A stretch of 64,000 bases of DNA, from positions 29,150-93,149 of the forward strand of contig CBFIJH010000003.1 of the NCBI GenBank assembly GCA_965662895.1. Reading direction: 5' to 3'. The notes beneath the pieces were generated by a model. The model worked only from the letters and a program-made list of their open reading frames with translations, was not told the origin of the DNA and searched no databases. A program made the translations under genes and the position numbers. Of this stretch, positions 10,201 to 17,502 are shown in pieces (within the stretch, counting starts at the first letter, position 1; every line of letters starts with the position of its first letter). The stretch comes from Candidatus Poseidoniaceae archaeon (lineage in GTDB: Archaea > Thermoplasmatota > Poseidoniia > Poseidoniales > Poseidoniaceae).

Positions 10201-13022
10201 AGATCATGGTCGATGTTCGTGAGATATTCTCCTTGCCTGTGGATGAAGACTTCTTACTCTCAGAACATCCAACCTTGAATCATTTCGTTGCCTACATCGT
10301 GAAAATGAAGGGAGGAGCGGTTGATAGCGAATCTTCATCGGTAACTGAGGCAACTGCAGAACCTCCAGCAGCACCATCAAATGTTTCGATTGAACTGGAT
10401 GGGTGCCGAAGATGGCAGGTGGAAGTTGAGGAAGCAGAAACGATTGCGTCGACATTATCGCTTGATGGAACCGTTGTTGTCACGGATGATGGTTGGGGTA
10501 TTGCAGAACATCTTTGCGCACGTCTCGAAGCAAGAGGTCTTTCTACGGTCCGAGTAGGATTTGAAGCAGGAATACGAGATGTTTCAATACAATCCGAACA
10601 AGCTCGTACCGTTCATCGCGGTGATCCAGCAAATTCTGAGCACATTGAATCGATTACAACATCGCTCTCAACCATGAATGTGGTCGGTTTGCTGCATCTT
10701 GCACCCATGAAACTCGCATCGGCACGCTGGTCGGAGGATACTGTCCCATCTGCCCAAATCTCCCTAGCAGCGCATGGTTGGTTTGGTCTTCTCAAAGGAA
10801 TGGACTCCCGATTGGCTGAATTGGATGAAGGCATCATTGCAAGTGTCACTGCGATGGACGGGCGTCATGGAAACATTGGCGAGCGGTTCAATTCCATCCA
10901 ATGTGCAGCCTCAGGGGTTACCAAATCCTATTCCTTCGAACGTCCAAATTTGCGTTCACGCGCACTTGACCTTCATCCTGAACTTATCTTCGATGCCGAG
11001 TCGGTTGCTGAAGACATCGAAACGGAATTGTTTGAACGAGGTGGGGACGTCGAAGTCGGAATTGATCGCGATGGTCGCCGCTGGATTCTTGCTGCGTTTG
11101 CAGAGGAGGTTGTTGATGAACTTGAACCATTGAAGTCCGATGATGTGTGGTTGGTATCGGGTGGAGGCTCGGGCGTAACTGCGGCTTGCATCATAGGTGT
11201 AGCAGAGGCAAGTCAAAGTGCTGAAGCATCGTTCCATTTGCTCGGTCGGTCGGTCCTCATCGAGCAAACTGCTGATTGGTTGGATTGGAGCGAAGAAGAT
11301 CTCATGAAAGAAAAGATGGCTCTTCGAGAACGTATGATCGAAGCATCAAGTGCCGGTAAAGTCACAATGGTTGAATGGAACAATGCATGGCAGAGATTTA
11401 CCCGAAGCATGGATGTTTACAAGACACTCTCACAAATTGAGGCAACGGGTAACCGTGCCTTCTATCATTCCATTGATGTGACCGATGCTGAGGCACTATC
11501 GTCTCTTGGAGCATCACTTTCAAATCCAATTACAGGTGTTGTTCATGGGGCAGGGTTGGAGGATTCCAAACTTGTATCGGACAAAACGTGGGAAACATTC
11601 GACAAGGTTGTACGCGTAAAGATTGACGGATGGACTGCATTGATGAAAGCGGTGCAAAGTTCAGAGGGCGAATTGCGCTTTGCATCAGCATTCACATCGG
11701 TTGCAGGACGATTCGGAAACGGTGGACAAACCGATTATGCAGCTGCGAATTCGATTCTTGATGCTGAAATGGCACGCCTGACGGCAAAAGGAACATGCCG
11801 TGCAGTTGCCATTGGCTGGACAGGTTGGCGAGACGTCGGTATGGCAACGAGGGGCAGTATTGAATCGGTCTTTGAGGCTGCGGGCATTGAGACGTTGCCA
11901 GTAGAGGTTGGCGTCCAACTCTTTGTTGATGAAGCACTCCGAGGTGGAAAGCGCAGGGTGATTGCATGCGGATCGCTTGGATTGATGGATCGATTTGATG
12001 CGTTTCGAGAGGCACCGCTAATGCTACCTGCTGAAATGGCTGCTGTTATGGCAGATCCATCTCGATTTCCATTTATTGACAAAGTGCTCTCCTTCGATGA
12101 AGGCCAAATGGTCATGACACAAAGCACGCTCTCCGTTGCTGAGCATCCTTTCCTCAGCGATCACGCCATCGATGGTATCCCGTACCATCCAGGCGTCATG
12201 GCGATGGAAATGTTCGCAGAAAATGCACTGCTTCTTTGTCCAGACGCATGCCTGGCTGGTTTTGAAAACGTCACATTTGGTTTGCCAGTGAAAATCATGA
12301 AAGGTACAATGCGAGTACGAACGGAGGCGGTGGTTGATCGCACCGAAGGTGATGTAACTTGGGTAAAGTGCAGGCTTGTTTCCGACCTAACCAATTCGGA
12401 GGGCACCGTTTTCGGAGAACGCGAACATCATGAAGCTGTCATACGTTTGGTAAAGAAATCCGATGACCTGAGTACGTTCTTACAATCGGAAATCTCGCAA
12501 TTACCGACGATTGGAACGCCACCTTCAGGGCGTCTTGAACATCATGCCTCGTTCATTTACTTGCGCTATTTCCATGGCCCTCGTTTCCAATCGCACGGAG
12601 GTGTCCTGCGTGGTGTTGGAGATGCTTCACAGCCCGGAGTTGACGGTATCGCACTGATGCGTCACCAATTACCTGCTACCGATCAATTTGCTCTTGAACG
12701 AGATGGAGAGAATGTTTTGCTTGAAGCACTGCCAATGCTCATCGAGGCTGGGTTCCAAAACGCCGGTTTGGTTGCAATGGAATCAGAAGGATTCAGCAGT
12801 TTACCGGTTGGTATTGAATGGTCGACGCTACTTCGAGTTCCCGATGAAGACGAGCAATTGCGATTGCGTTCGATTCGTATCGCCTCAGAAGATGCAGGTG
12901 TAACGGTTCACGACGTTCTTGTTGTTGGACAGGATGATGCACCAGTGCTCGCATTGAAAGGACTTCGATTAAAGGCCATGGCACCCGTTCCTGATGACCA
13001 AAAATTCACGCTCGAGCGCTAA
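4281..13022 (+). CDS. Type I iterative PKS/FAS megasynthase, PfaA-related: KS-AT-(degenerate ACP)-KS-ACP-ACP-ACP-KR-DH
   Basis: KS1: DAACASS (C227), EAHGTST, KSQIGHL. AT: GQGSQ, GHSLG (S734), SHAFHS (malonyl-type). KS2: NLACAS (C1348), SHETYT (H1496), KGFTGH (H1536). Three ACPs: DLEGELGIDTVKQAE. KR: SGGGSGVT, VVHGAG, GQTDYAAAN. DH: HAIDGIPYHPG, FHGPRFQ. SD GAGGTG upstream. Confidence 0.95.
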   Translation: MSLTTDDGKPCDGLEQGPFEPIAVIGLAAMMPDAEDLQSFWQNIIESHVSIKEIREGRWPGPVDHFWMEGQPGDVAHGYTYSKIGAFVEGYEFDWRRWRQPPGTIPQIDPCQLWAVSVSAAAIEQAGYGEGEKEFPRERAGVVFANALGGENRNLSNIRVWSNHTAEIAKSHGMPPSSKDEFMDSITEHSPKVDEDTMPGELANVVAGRVANLLDLQGPNHAMDAACASSMAAVLDACRLLQTRQVDVMLAGATDRTMDPATYAKFSAIGALSPTHSTPFDARANGFVMGEGAGAMVLKRLSDAIEDDDTIHAVIRGIGGSSDGRGKGITAPSQRGQIQAIARAYNQAGYPASTVELVEAHGTSTKVGDATELSTLTRLWTDAASGDNVAVGSIKSQIGHLKAAAGIAGIIKSVMALHHRTIPPSAGFETPNPTVDWENIPFFVPTSPLEWPNPESHPRRAGVSAFGFGGTNFHIALEGYEPDYHRTMAEEWQQRWNAYSKSSPISAPSILDGKAKASLTHDELKTIEGGVLLLSGASIGALVTQLESTSFSGAKFDDDPRGLRLSMALQSASSSFDHHQLCRLALIATSWAEFEKRKKLALTSLADPEKWGFLQAQGILVSDQPALPSEAKIAHMYPGQGSQYVGMTLDLYQRFTPAQEVWKASDSTMVEVLDGETLSSFVLRDGLSDDERKTAEHKLKQTEYTQPAMLTADLAIEHTLNAYGHNPDMVAGHSLGEYAALMVSGILNMDGALRAAAARGTEMGSVEIEDKGLMASVTAPYEAVERILEATDGYVIAANKNSPKMTVIAGATEPVQTAMKAFESEGYNCVPLATSHAFHSSIVAPANEPLYRFLSSLEINWPSIPITANVDGTFYPKNGSNATEGILSKLAPQMASSVEWTSQINTMYDAGARIFVEVGPKRALTMFASQILEDKSHLAIMTNHPKQGGIASFLTAIGALALAGRPPKMIQGTSEVLSEAFRAGPIEAHQASSLPKRPNQEDLRVRARPLPNKGGQSTTSPEAPVENNSVQSHPTVADYVGDRIAQHCGYPPMFCQGMVNLRLGLGLSDKSIQSIVSGIASEAQTDAEVDIHSATTAADIERWVRQPPAGWMPRVHLSKSSTAPAVQQANHDPMAQRRADPYVVTGISLGLPGGERVFDKDVFERLVRGETCIEEVSDDYKQRLLDKNITRLIKGRDGSVNMEQATAFGDIPQLAGIKGAFDLAEEFGIDPKMVLAWDITTQLAMASGLLALRDAGIPLTPEEQTGKGGLRVIRNWQVPSVHRDRTGIVLASCFPGLQMAMKHAKSNGDDGEDKFDRRYLFQVLTMGHSQFAQFTGIRGPTTTINLACASATGAFQIAEDWLAADRVDRVVILSADDVTGDDLWEWIGSGFAATGAASTNNIVEEAALPFDKRRNGLVLGMGAASFVVERKSSADERGVQPIAELLGAKTANSAYHGTRLDVEHVASTVDEFVGEMEQRWGLDRHNIAKDLVFYSHETYTPARGGSAQSEVKALRETFGDSTDSMVIANTKGFTGHPMGVGIEDASMFYGLLTKRIPPIANYKVLDEELGDLNLSKGGEYPNLTYGLRFAAGFGSQIGLSFVRAWPIEGERIDGKRLLAWCRNLAGSHDIQLRLLDNKLVAYVDGDDNLHGGIQGEAYAITAPFEGLQTEVTEKNQSVTQPPEVVPEDATPKEVPAATPSSAPLSGDMVETVIDVVVKHTGYPADFVELDQDLEGELGIDTVKQAEIMVDIRQQFNLPLDESFVLSEHPTLNHMIGYIQRMQGDEAAPVPSPSSPSVEPESSAETFDVEASEVETLDHSLPISDEKMTQQVIDVVVKHTGYPADFIELDQDLEGELGIDTVKQAEIMVDIREKFNLPVDEDFLLSEHPTLNHMIGYIVRMKGGLSTVSVPDPQPVSEPTPKPKETPAQPVVTDVGIEASLIEVVVKHTGYPADFIEMDQDLEGELGIDTVKQAEIMVDVREIFSLPVDEDFLLSEHPTLNHFVAYIVKMKGGAVDSESSSVTEATAEPPAAPSNVSIELDGCRRWQVEVEEAETIASTLSLDGTVVVTDDGWGIAEHLCARLEARGLSTVRVGFEAGIRDVSIQSEQARTVHRGDPANSEHIESITTSLSTMNVVGLLHLAPMKLASARWSEDTVPSAQISLAAHGWFGLLKGMDSRLAELDEGIIASVTAMDGRHGNIGERFNSIQCAASGVTKSYSFERPNLRSRALDLHPELIFDAESVAEDIETELFERGGDVEVGIDRDGRRWILAAFAEEVVDELEPLKSDDVWLVSGGGSGVTAACIIGVAEASQSAEASFHLLGRSVLIEQTADWLDWSEEDLMKEKMALRERMIEASSAGKVTMVEWNNAWQRFTRSMDVYKTLSQIEATGNRAFYHSIDVTDAEALSSLGASLSNPITGVVHGAGLEDSKLVSDKTWETFDKVVRVKIDGWTALMKAVQSSEGELRFASAFTSVAGRFGNGGQTDYAAANSILDAEMARLTAKGTCRAVAIGWTGWRDVGMATRGSIESVFEAAGIETLPVEVGVQLFVDEALRGGKRRVIACGSLGLMDRFDAFREAPLMLPAEMAAVMADPSRFPFIDKVLSFDEGQMVMTQSTLSVAEHPFLSDHAIDGIPYHPGVMAMEMFAENALLLCPDACLAGFENVTFGLPVKIMKGTMRVRTEAVVDRTEGDVTWVKCRLVSDLTNSEGTVFGEREHHEAVIRLVKKSDDLSTFLQSEISQLPTIGTPPSGRLEHHASFIYLRYFHGPRFQSHGGVLRGVGDASQPGVDGIALMRHQLPATDQFALERDGENVLLEALPMLIEAGFQNAGLVAMESEGFSSLPVGIEWSTLLRVPDEDEQLRLRSIRIASEDAGVTVHDVLVVGQDDAPVLALKGLRLKAMAPVPDDQKFTLER
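9400..10310 (+). repeat. Three tandem ACP-domain repeats within the megasynthase, separated by Pro/Ser/Glu-rich linkers
   Basis: Near-identical ~75-aa units VVVKHTGYPADF.E.DQDLEGELGIDTVKQAEIMVD.R..F.LP.DE.F.LSEHPTLNH at ~9400, ~9755 and ~10085, with many synonymous DNA differences. Confidence 0.92.
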
Positions 13023-13031
13023 GGTGATGTT

Positions 13032-13793
13032 TTGACCGTCACCATTCGCTGGATACCTCTCGGGGATGAATTGCGGTGCCTTTTAGCAACGTGCCCAATC
13101 GTGGAGAAAAACCCCAACGAATTGAAACTCATTCATTGGGATGAGATCCGAACATTCAAAACGCAAAAAAGGAGCAATGAACATCTATCTGCTCGATGGC
13201 TGTTGGAACAAGCGCTCAATGAGTGGGGTGGTATTGATTGCTCGCAAATCAACGTTGCGCGAACAAACGAAAGGGCGCCCTACTTGGAAACTATCCAAGG
13301 GTTATGGGTTCAACCGACCTTACCCAACATCTCGATTTCACATAGCGAAAATCTCGCATGTGTCGCCCTTATCGACCGTGGGTGGACCGTCGGGATCGAT
13401 GCAGAACCTCTCCGACGTCCACCTCAACCTGCTGTCTACGATATGATGGCAAGAGGTGAAGAGTTGGCTCAACTCAAATCTGGGAAGCTCGATGCATTAT
13501 GGGCATGGACTTCGAAGGAAGCAATCCAAAAGGCCGCCCGATTGGGCATGCATCTCAACCCACGAAACATCGACCTTACTTCCCTTAGTGAAAAGAATAA
13601 AATTGCAATTGAAAATTTAGAATTTCAATTGGAAAATTTGTCGAATAATGATTACAAAATCATCCTTGCATGGGGGAGAGATGTTCATCCAATTCGCTCA
13701 AAGGAGGACGATCTTTTGGATGCAACTCGAGAAGCGATGCATGCAACCGATGATTGGTCGGTGGGTTGCTCCACCATAAGAAAAAGTGGATAA
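13032..13793 (+). CDS. 4'-phosphopantetheinyl transferase (Sfp/PfaE type)
   Basis: SISHS, VGIDAE and WTSKEAIQKA motifs. TTG start 4 nt after AAGGTGA; begins 9 nt after the PKS stop. Confidence 0.9.
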   Translation: MTVTIRWIPLGDELRCLLATCPIVEKNPNELKLIHWDEIRTFKTQKRSNEHLSARWLLEQALNEWGGIDCSQINVARTNERAPYLETIQGLWVQPTLPNISISHSENLACVALIDRGWTVGIDAEPLRRPPQPAVYDMMARGEELAQLKSGKLDALWAWTSKEAIQKAARLGMHLNPRNIDLTSLSEKNKIAIENLEFQLENLSNNDYKIILAWGRDVHPIRSKEDDLLDATREAMHATDDWSVGCSTIRKSG

Positions 13794-14213
13794 TCACTTG
13801 TTCCAAAAGCGACTTGACTCCCACTCAAGACCCAGGAGAATACCTATCTCCGTTAGAATTACGTAATTAAACAACAAGTATGACAAAAATGCTACGGTTA
13901 CGACTAAAATCGATGTGTTGAGTACCTTCCGTCGTTGACGCTTAACATCATCGAACGTACAAATGCCTCGATTCCGGAAGTAAATGGTGAGACCTGTAAC
14001 AATGGAAATCGATGCAACAGCGAGCATGGTTGGTCGGAACCATGCATATCCATCTTCTCCCCAATAGAGCGTGTTGGATAAGGCAGCAGCACTACTGACA
14101 CTAGCGAGCCCAAATAGAACGAGAACAACGCTTGGTAAACAACACATGGATGCTATAATGGTCGAGGTCGATACAAGTTTAACCAATGATTTGATGTTAT
14201 GTTCTTGTTGCAT
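13794..14213 (-). CDS. Small membrane protein, MerT-like heavy-metal transporter candidate
   Basis: Three hydrophobic segments, with ASMCCLPSVVLVLFG (MerT-type CC pair in TM1), WFRP and a later Cys (RGIC). Start moved to ATG 14213, which follows GGAG. Confidence 0.55.
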   Translation of the reverse strand: MQQEHNIKSLVKLVSTSTIIASMCCLPSVVLVLFGLASVSSAAALSNTLYWGEDGYAWFRPTMLAVASISIVTGLTIYFRNRGICTFDDVKRQRRKVLNTSILVVTVAFLSYLLFNYVILTEIGILLGLEWESSRFWNK

Positions 14214-14226
14214 GCTTTCAACTCCA

Positions 14227-15876
14227 TTAGAAACAATCAGCGAATTGGCTTGCTTCGCTAGGATTTGTATATGCTTGTATTGGAAGCACGTCAACACCAT
14301 CGGACCATTTCCCCATATCTGTCAGCATTCCAGTATTCACAAGATTTGCATAAGCAAAATCGGCGGTATTCACGTCTCCTCGGCTTTCAGCAACAATCCA
14401 ATCCGCTTGAGCATCCACACGTCGATAAAATGCCCAATCTGCCAGTGTATCATGCGCCTCGTTTGCTGGGATGTAGTGTGTGGCAACCAGCCGAGGAAAA
14501 CCGTAGCGATCACTTGGTATGTACAACAGCAGTGTTTGGTTCTTATCGACATTTTCAAACAAAGCATGCTGATGAACACTGTTGCATTGGCCTACTGTCA
14601 TGTCGTCTTCACTAACGACGAGATGAACAATTGTATTTTCTGGAAGATTTGAATAGTCAGGCGTCCATTCTTCTTGAACGGGTCGGGCTGCAGCCATTTC
14701 GGTGTTGACAAACAGAGTTTCACTTCCCCATCCCATTGATTGTGCCATCCCTAGAGCTTGGAGTGAATACGCTCCTCCAAGACTATGGCCTCCAATCCAG
14801 AGATGTTCAGGCATGATGGTAAGATTCCCTAGTATGTTGTCGATTTCGGTATCCCGAGCCGATGTGTTGATGATTTCATTCAAGCGCAGAAGTGCGGATT
14901 GAATCGAGAGCATTCTGGGAACATGGTGGGGCCAGTCCGACGTGCCATCAACAACGGTCGCATCAAAATCATCTGCACCTTCTGGACGGACATCTGTAGG
15001 ATACTGGATGTATGCGACGACCATTCCTTTCGCAGAGAGATGGTCGATCCAGTCAGTGTAGGAATCAATGGACGGATTGTTAAATGCATGAAACAAAACA
15101 GCGAGTGGAACGCCTTCGATTCCAGGCTCCTCTGGTAGATGAGGAAGTGTGAGATACACAGAGAATTCAATCTCATTTTCCGTTGGCCCTTGTATATCGA
15201 CAACTTCGTCTGGTAATTCATAGGCATAACGGATTGTGGTCCGATCAAACGGTCCAGCCTCAGCACCATAGCCCATTGTAGGGGCGAGTGGAGGGGTCGG
15301 TGCGATACCAATCAGTGCAGGAATCCCGGGCATGACCAACCAAGCTGCAAGAAATACAGTCATGACATGCAAGACTGCGGTTCCTTTTCCTTTCCAATCT
15401 TGATTTGAATCAGGAAGCCCAGGCGGGCCGCGAACAGCGATTAACGCTCCGAGTAAAAGAACACCATAAATCGTAGGAAGCAAGAGGAATGCACCGCGTA
15501 AGTAGCGATAATCCATGATGACGAAGATGATCCACGATGCTAGGACTGCACCAATGATACCGTAAAACAACCCTTGGATGGGTTTTGAGAGGTGGCGTCC
15601 TCGATGGTGCTGAATGGAAGAATAGATGCACAACGCAAGGAATGTTGCACAAAAGAGCGTGATGATGCCAACATTCTCTCGAAGAAGAAACGTCCATGAA
15701 AGCGTACGAACCGCTTGTGGCCAAACAGCATTTTCAACGGACTCGCCTTGAATGAGAATCAGAAGCGACTCTGCCAAGGCAACAAATGCGCCAAACGCTA
15801 TCATTGCTGTGGGAAAGGACGGTGATGAGGTGAACCGATGAAGAGGGGAAACTACCTGAGAATCCTCACCCTCCAT
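14227..15876 (-). CDS. Membrane-anchored alpha/beta hydrolase (lipase/esterase-like)
   Basis: About 5 N-terminal TM helices, then a GHSLGG nucleophile elbow with candidate Asp (SEDD) and His (ATH). Confidence 0.75.
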   Translation of the reverse strand: MEGEDSQVVSPLHRFTSSPSFPTAMIAFGAFVALAESLLILIQGESVENAVWPQAVRTLSWTFLLRENVGIITLFCATFLALCIYSSIQHHRGRHLSKPIQGLFYGIIGAVLASWIIFVIMDYRYLRGAFLLLPTIYGVLLLGALIAVRGPPGLPDSNQDWKGKGTAVLHVMTVFLAAWLVMPGIPALIGIAPTPPLAPTMGYGAEAGPFDRTTIRYAYELPDEVVDIQGPTENEIEFSVYLTLPHLPEEPGIEGVPLAVLFHAFNNPSIDSYTDWIDHLSAKGMVVAYIQYPTDVRPEGADDFDATVVDGTSDWPHHVPRMLSIQSALLRLNEIINTSARDTEIDNILGNLTIMPEHLWIGGHSLGGAYSLQALGMAQSMGWGSETLFVNTEMAAARPVQEEWTPDYSNLPENTIVHLVVSEDDMTVGQCNSVHQHALFENVDKNQTLLLYIPSDRYGFPRLVATHYIPANEAHDTLADWAFYRRVDAQADWIVAESRGDVNTADFAYANLVNTGMLTDMGKWSDGVDVLPIQAYTNPSEASQFADCF

Positions 15877-15920
15877 GAATCATAGATTCCCGTTGGGTTC
15901 AAAAAACGTCGTTTAAACTA

Positions 15921-17330
15921 TCAGGCGTTTATGTTTCGAATTTCAGGTGTCTGATCCGCTATCATGAACTCAAGCATGGCAGCCCACATAACAAATTCCA
16001 TGCTTTTTTCAAGTTCTTCAACACCACCAACCATTTCGATCATGTTGTCCAAGGTGTCGTCAGGAGAGTGATATGCACTGTAATCGGAGTCGTAGGCGCC
16101 AAGGTGGAAGATGGTTTGAGCGCCTAGGTCGCGGAAGGTGACGTGGTCCGATCGGCCGAATGTGTCTTCATGTACATCAAGGACAAGGTCTTCATGGTCT
16201 TCCCAGTGCTGGTCGCAGCCTGATCCATATGTGCCGTCAATTCGTAAATCCATAGGCGCTTCGAGGATGTTTCTGTGAACATGGTCAAGAACCGTTGTTA
16301 TTTCCACATCTTGGACTTCAGGATCGAAATCTGGACCAGACCAAGCATGGTAGGGGTAAGGCTCACCAGTCGGTTTGACAGCCGGATAGGAAATGCCCAT
16401 CATGTCCATGTTGATGTAGAATCGAAGTTCTTTATCGGTTGGTAGACAATAATCGCACTCGTTGTTTGCAAAAGCATTCGAACCTCGAAGTCCTTCTTCT
16501 TCCGAGGACCACAATGCGAGGAATGTATCGCATTCAACTTCAATGTCAACAAATGCCTTTGCAAATAGCATCATGCTTACAGTACCGCCAGTGTTGTCGT
16601 AAGCCCCTTCGTATGTACCACCGCCTGGTGGTCCACCTGGGAACATGATGTCCATGTGTCCTCCCATGCCCTGAACACATGAAGCGTCTCGTCCGCGCTT
16701 CCATGCGATAACGTTCAAACTCTCGGGTTCTGCAGGATTTCCGTGGTCAAAGACGCGAAGAATGTGGGTCTCATATCCCAAACCTTCGAAATGACCTTGG
16801 AAGAAGGAAGCTGCTCGTTCAAAGGCAGGGTTTGGTGATCCCATCCATCGATTGATGTACCCTCCGCATTGTGTTGTATCAGGGCACACATTGGTGATGT
16901 ATTCCATCTTATCCATCCATTCTTTGCCGTTAACGATCGGTGTGCCATTGGTGACTTGCATCTCGTACGTGTCACCAGAACCATCTTGATGGACAATTGT
17001 CAACTTGACTTCATCGACATATGGAGTCAACAAGAGCCTACCATTGATGGATTCTCCCTCAACGGCTGCATATCCATTTGGTACGATGTATCCATCAACA
17101 AACAGCATCACATCGGTTGGAACTGAAATAGCTCGGCCGTTACCTAGGAGTTGAAACTCATGCCATTCTCCGCTCTTCAGTACAGCGTTTTCTGGCATTT
17201 GATAATCGATTTGAAAAACAATAGGGACGCCTTCCTGGACGATTTCATCTTCTCCGAAACAACCTGAGAGTGATGCAAGCAGCATAAGCGAAACGAGGAA
17301 CACGCCTTTTGATGCTCTCTTGACCAGCAT
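15921..17330 (-). CDS. M28 family metallopeptidase, lipoprotein
   Basis: Lipobox LSGC; GHMD, GAYDN, SEEEGLRGS, NMDM, RSDH and YHSPDD motifs. Start set at ATG 17330 because the longer ORF overlaps the tRNA. Confidence 0.88.
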   Translation of the reverse strand: MLVKRASKGVFLVSLMLLASLSGCFGEDEIVQEGVPIVFQIDYQMPENAVLKSGEWHEFQLLGNGRAISVPTDVMLFVDGYIVPNGYAAVEGESINGRLLLTPYVDEVKLTIVHQDGSGDTYEMQVTNGTPIVNGKEWMDKMEYITNVCPDTTQCGGYINRWMGSPNPAFERAASFFQGHFEGLGYETHILRVFDHGNPAEPESLNVIAWKRGRDASCVQGMGGHMDIMFPGGPPGGGTYEGAYDNTGGTVSMMLFAKAFVDIEVECDTFLALWSSEEEGLRGSNAFANNECDYCLPTDKELRFYINMDMMGISYPAVKPTGEPYPYHAWSGPDFDPEVQDVEITTVLDHVHRNILEAPMDLRIDGTYGSGCDQHWEDHEDLVLDVHEDTFGRSDHVTFRDLGAQTIFHLGAYDSDYSAYHSPDDTLDNMIEMVGGVEELEKSMEFVMWAAMLEFMIADQTPEIRNINA

Positions 17331-17374
17331 GTCTTGGCCTGTTCGCACCCACTCAAAGGCTTTGTTGGTCGAGG

Positions 17375-17446
17375 TGCGGATAGCGGGAGTCGAACCCACG
17401 ACATAAGGTTGGAAACCTCAGATGATAACCACTTCACCATATCCGC
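17375..17446 (-). tRNA. tRNA-Gly (anticodon TCC), intronless
   Basis: Reverse complement GCGGATA-TG-GTGAAGTGGTTATCAT-C-TGAGG-TTTCCAA-CCTTA-TGTC-GTGGG-TTCGACT-CCCGC-TATCCGC-A: acceptor stem GCGGATA/TATCCGC, T-loop TTCGACT, anticodon TCC. Confidence 0.95.
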
Positions 17447-17502
17447 ACGGTGGTAGACTGTCCGAACAAGCACTCTTTTTTGAGCGCATCGGTCAAAAGA
17501 CG

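Noticed and set aside
9400-10310. DNA-level repeats as a CRISPR array or mobile repeat
   Set aside because: They are in-frame ACP domain duplications with synonymous divergence and have no repeat-spacer structure.
4281-13022. Calling the megasynthase a canonical PUFA (EPA/DHA) synthase pfaA
   Set aside because: No pfaB/C/D, no FabA-type DH/isomerase and no chain-length factor are present. The reductase is FabI-type and the architecture (two KS, Thr-ACPs) differs.
17331-17399. Upstream GTG start of the M28 peptidase
   Set aside because: It lies within the tRNA-Gly gene, and the lipoprotein signal begins at ATG 17330.
17375-17446. tRNA-Gly as an integration site for a PKS-bearing island
   Set aside because: No integrase or transposase, and no duplicated tRNA 3' end, was noticed in the window.
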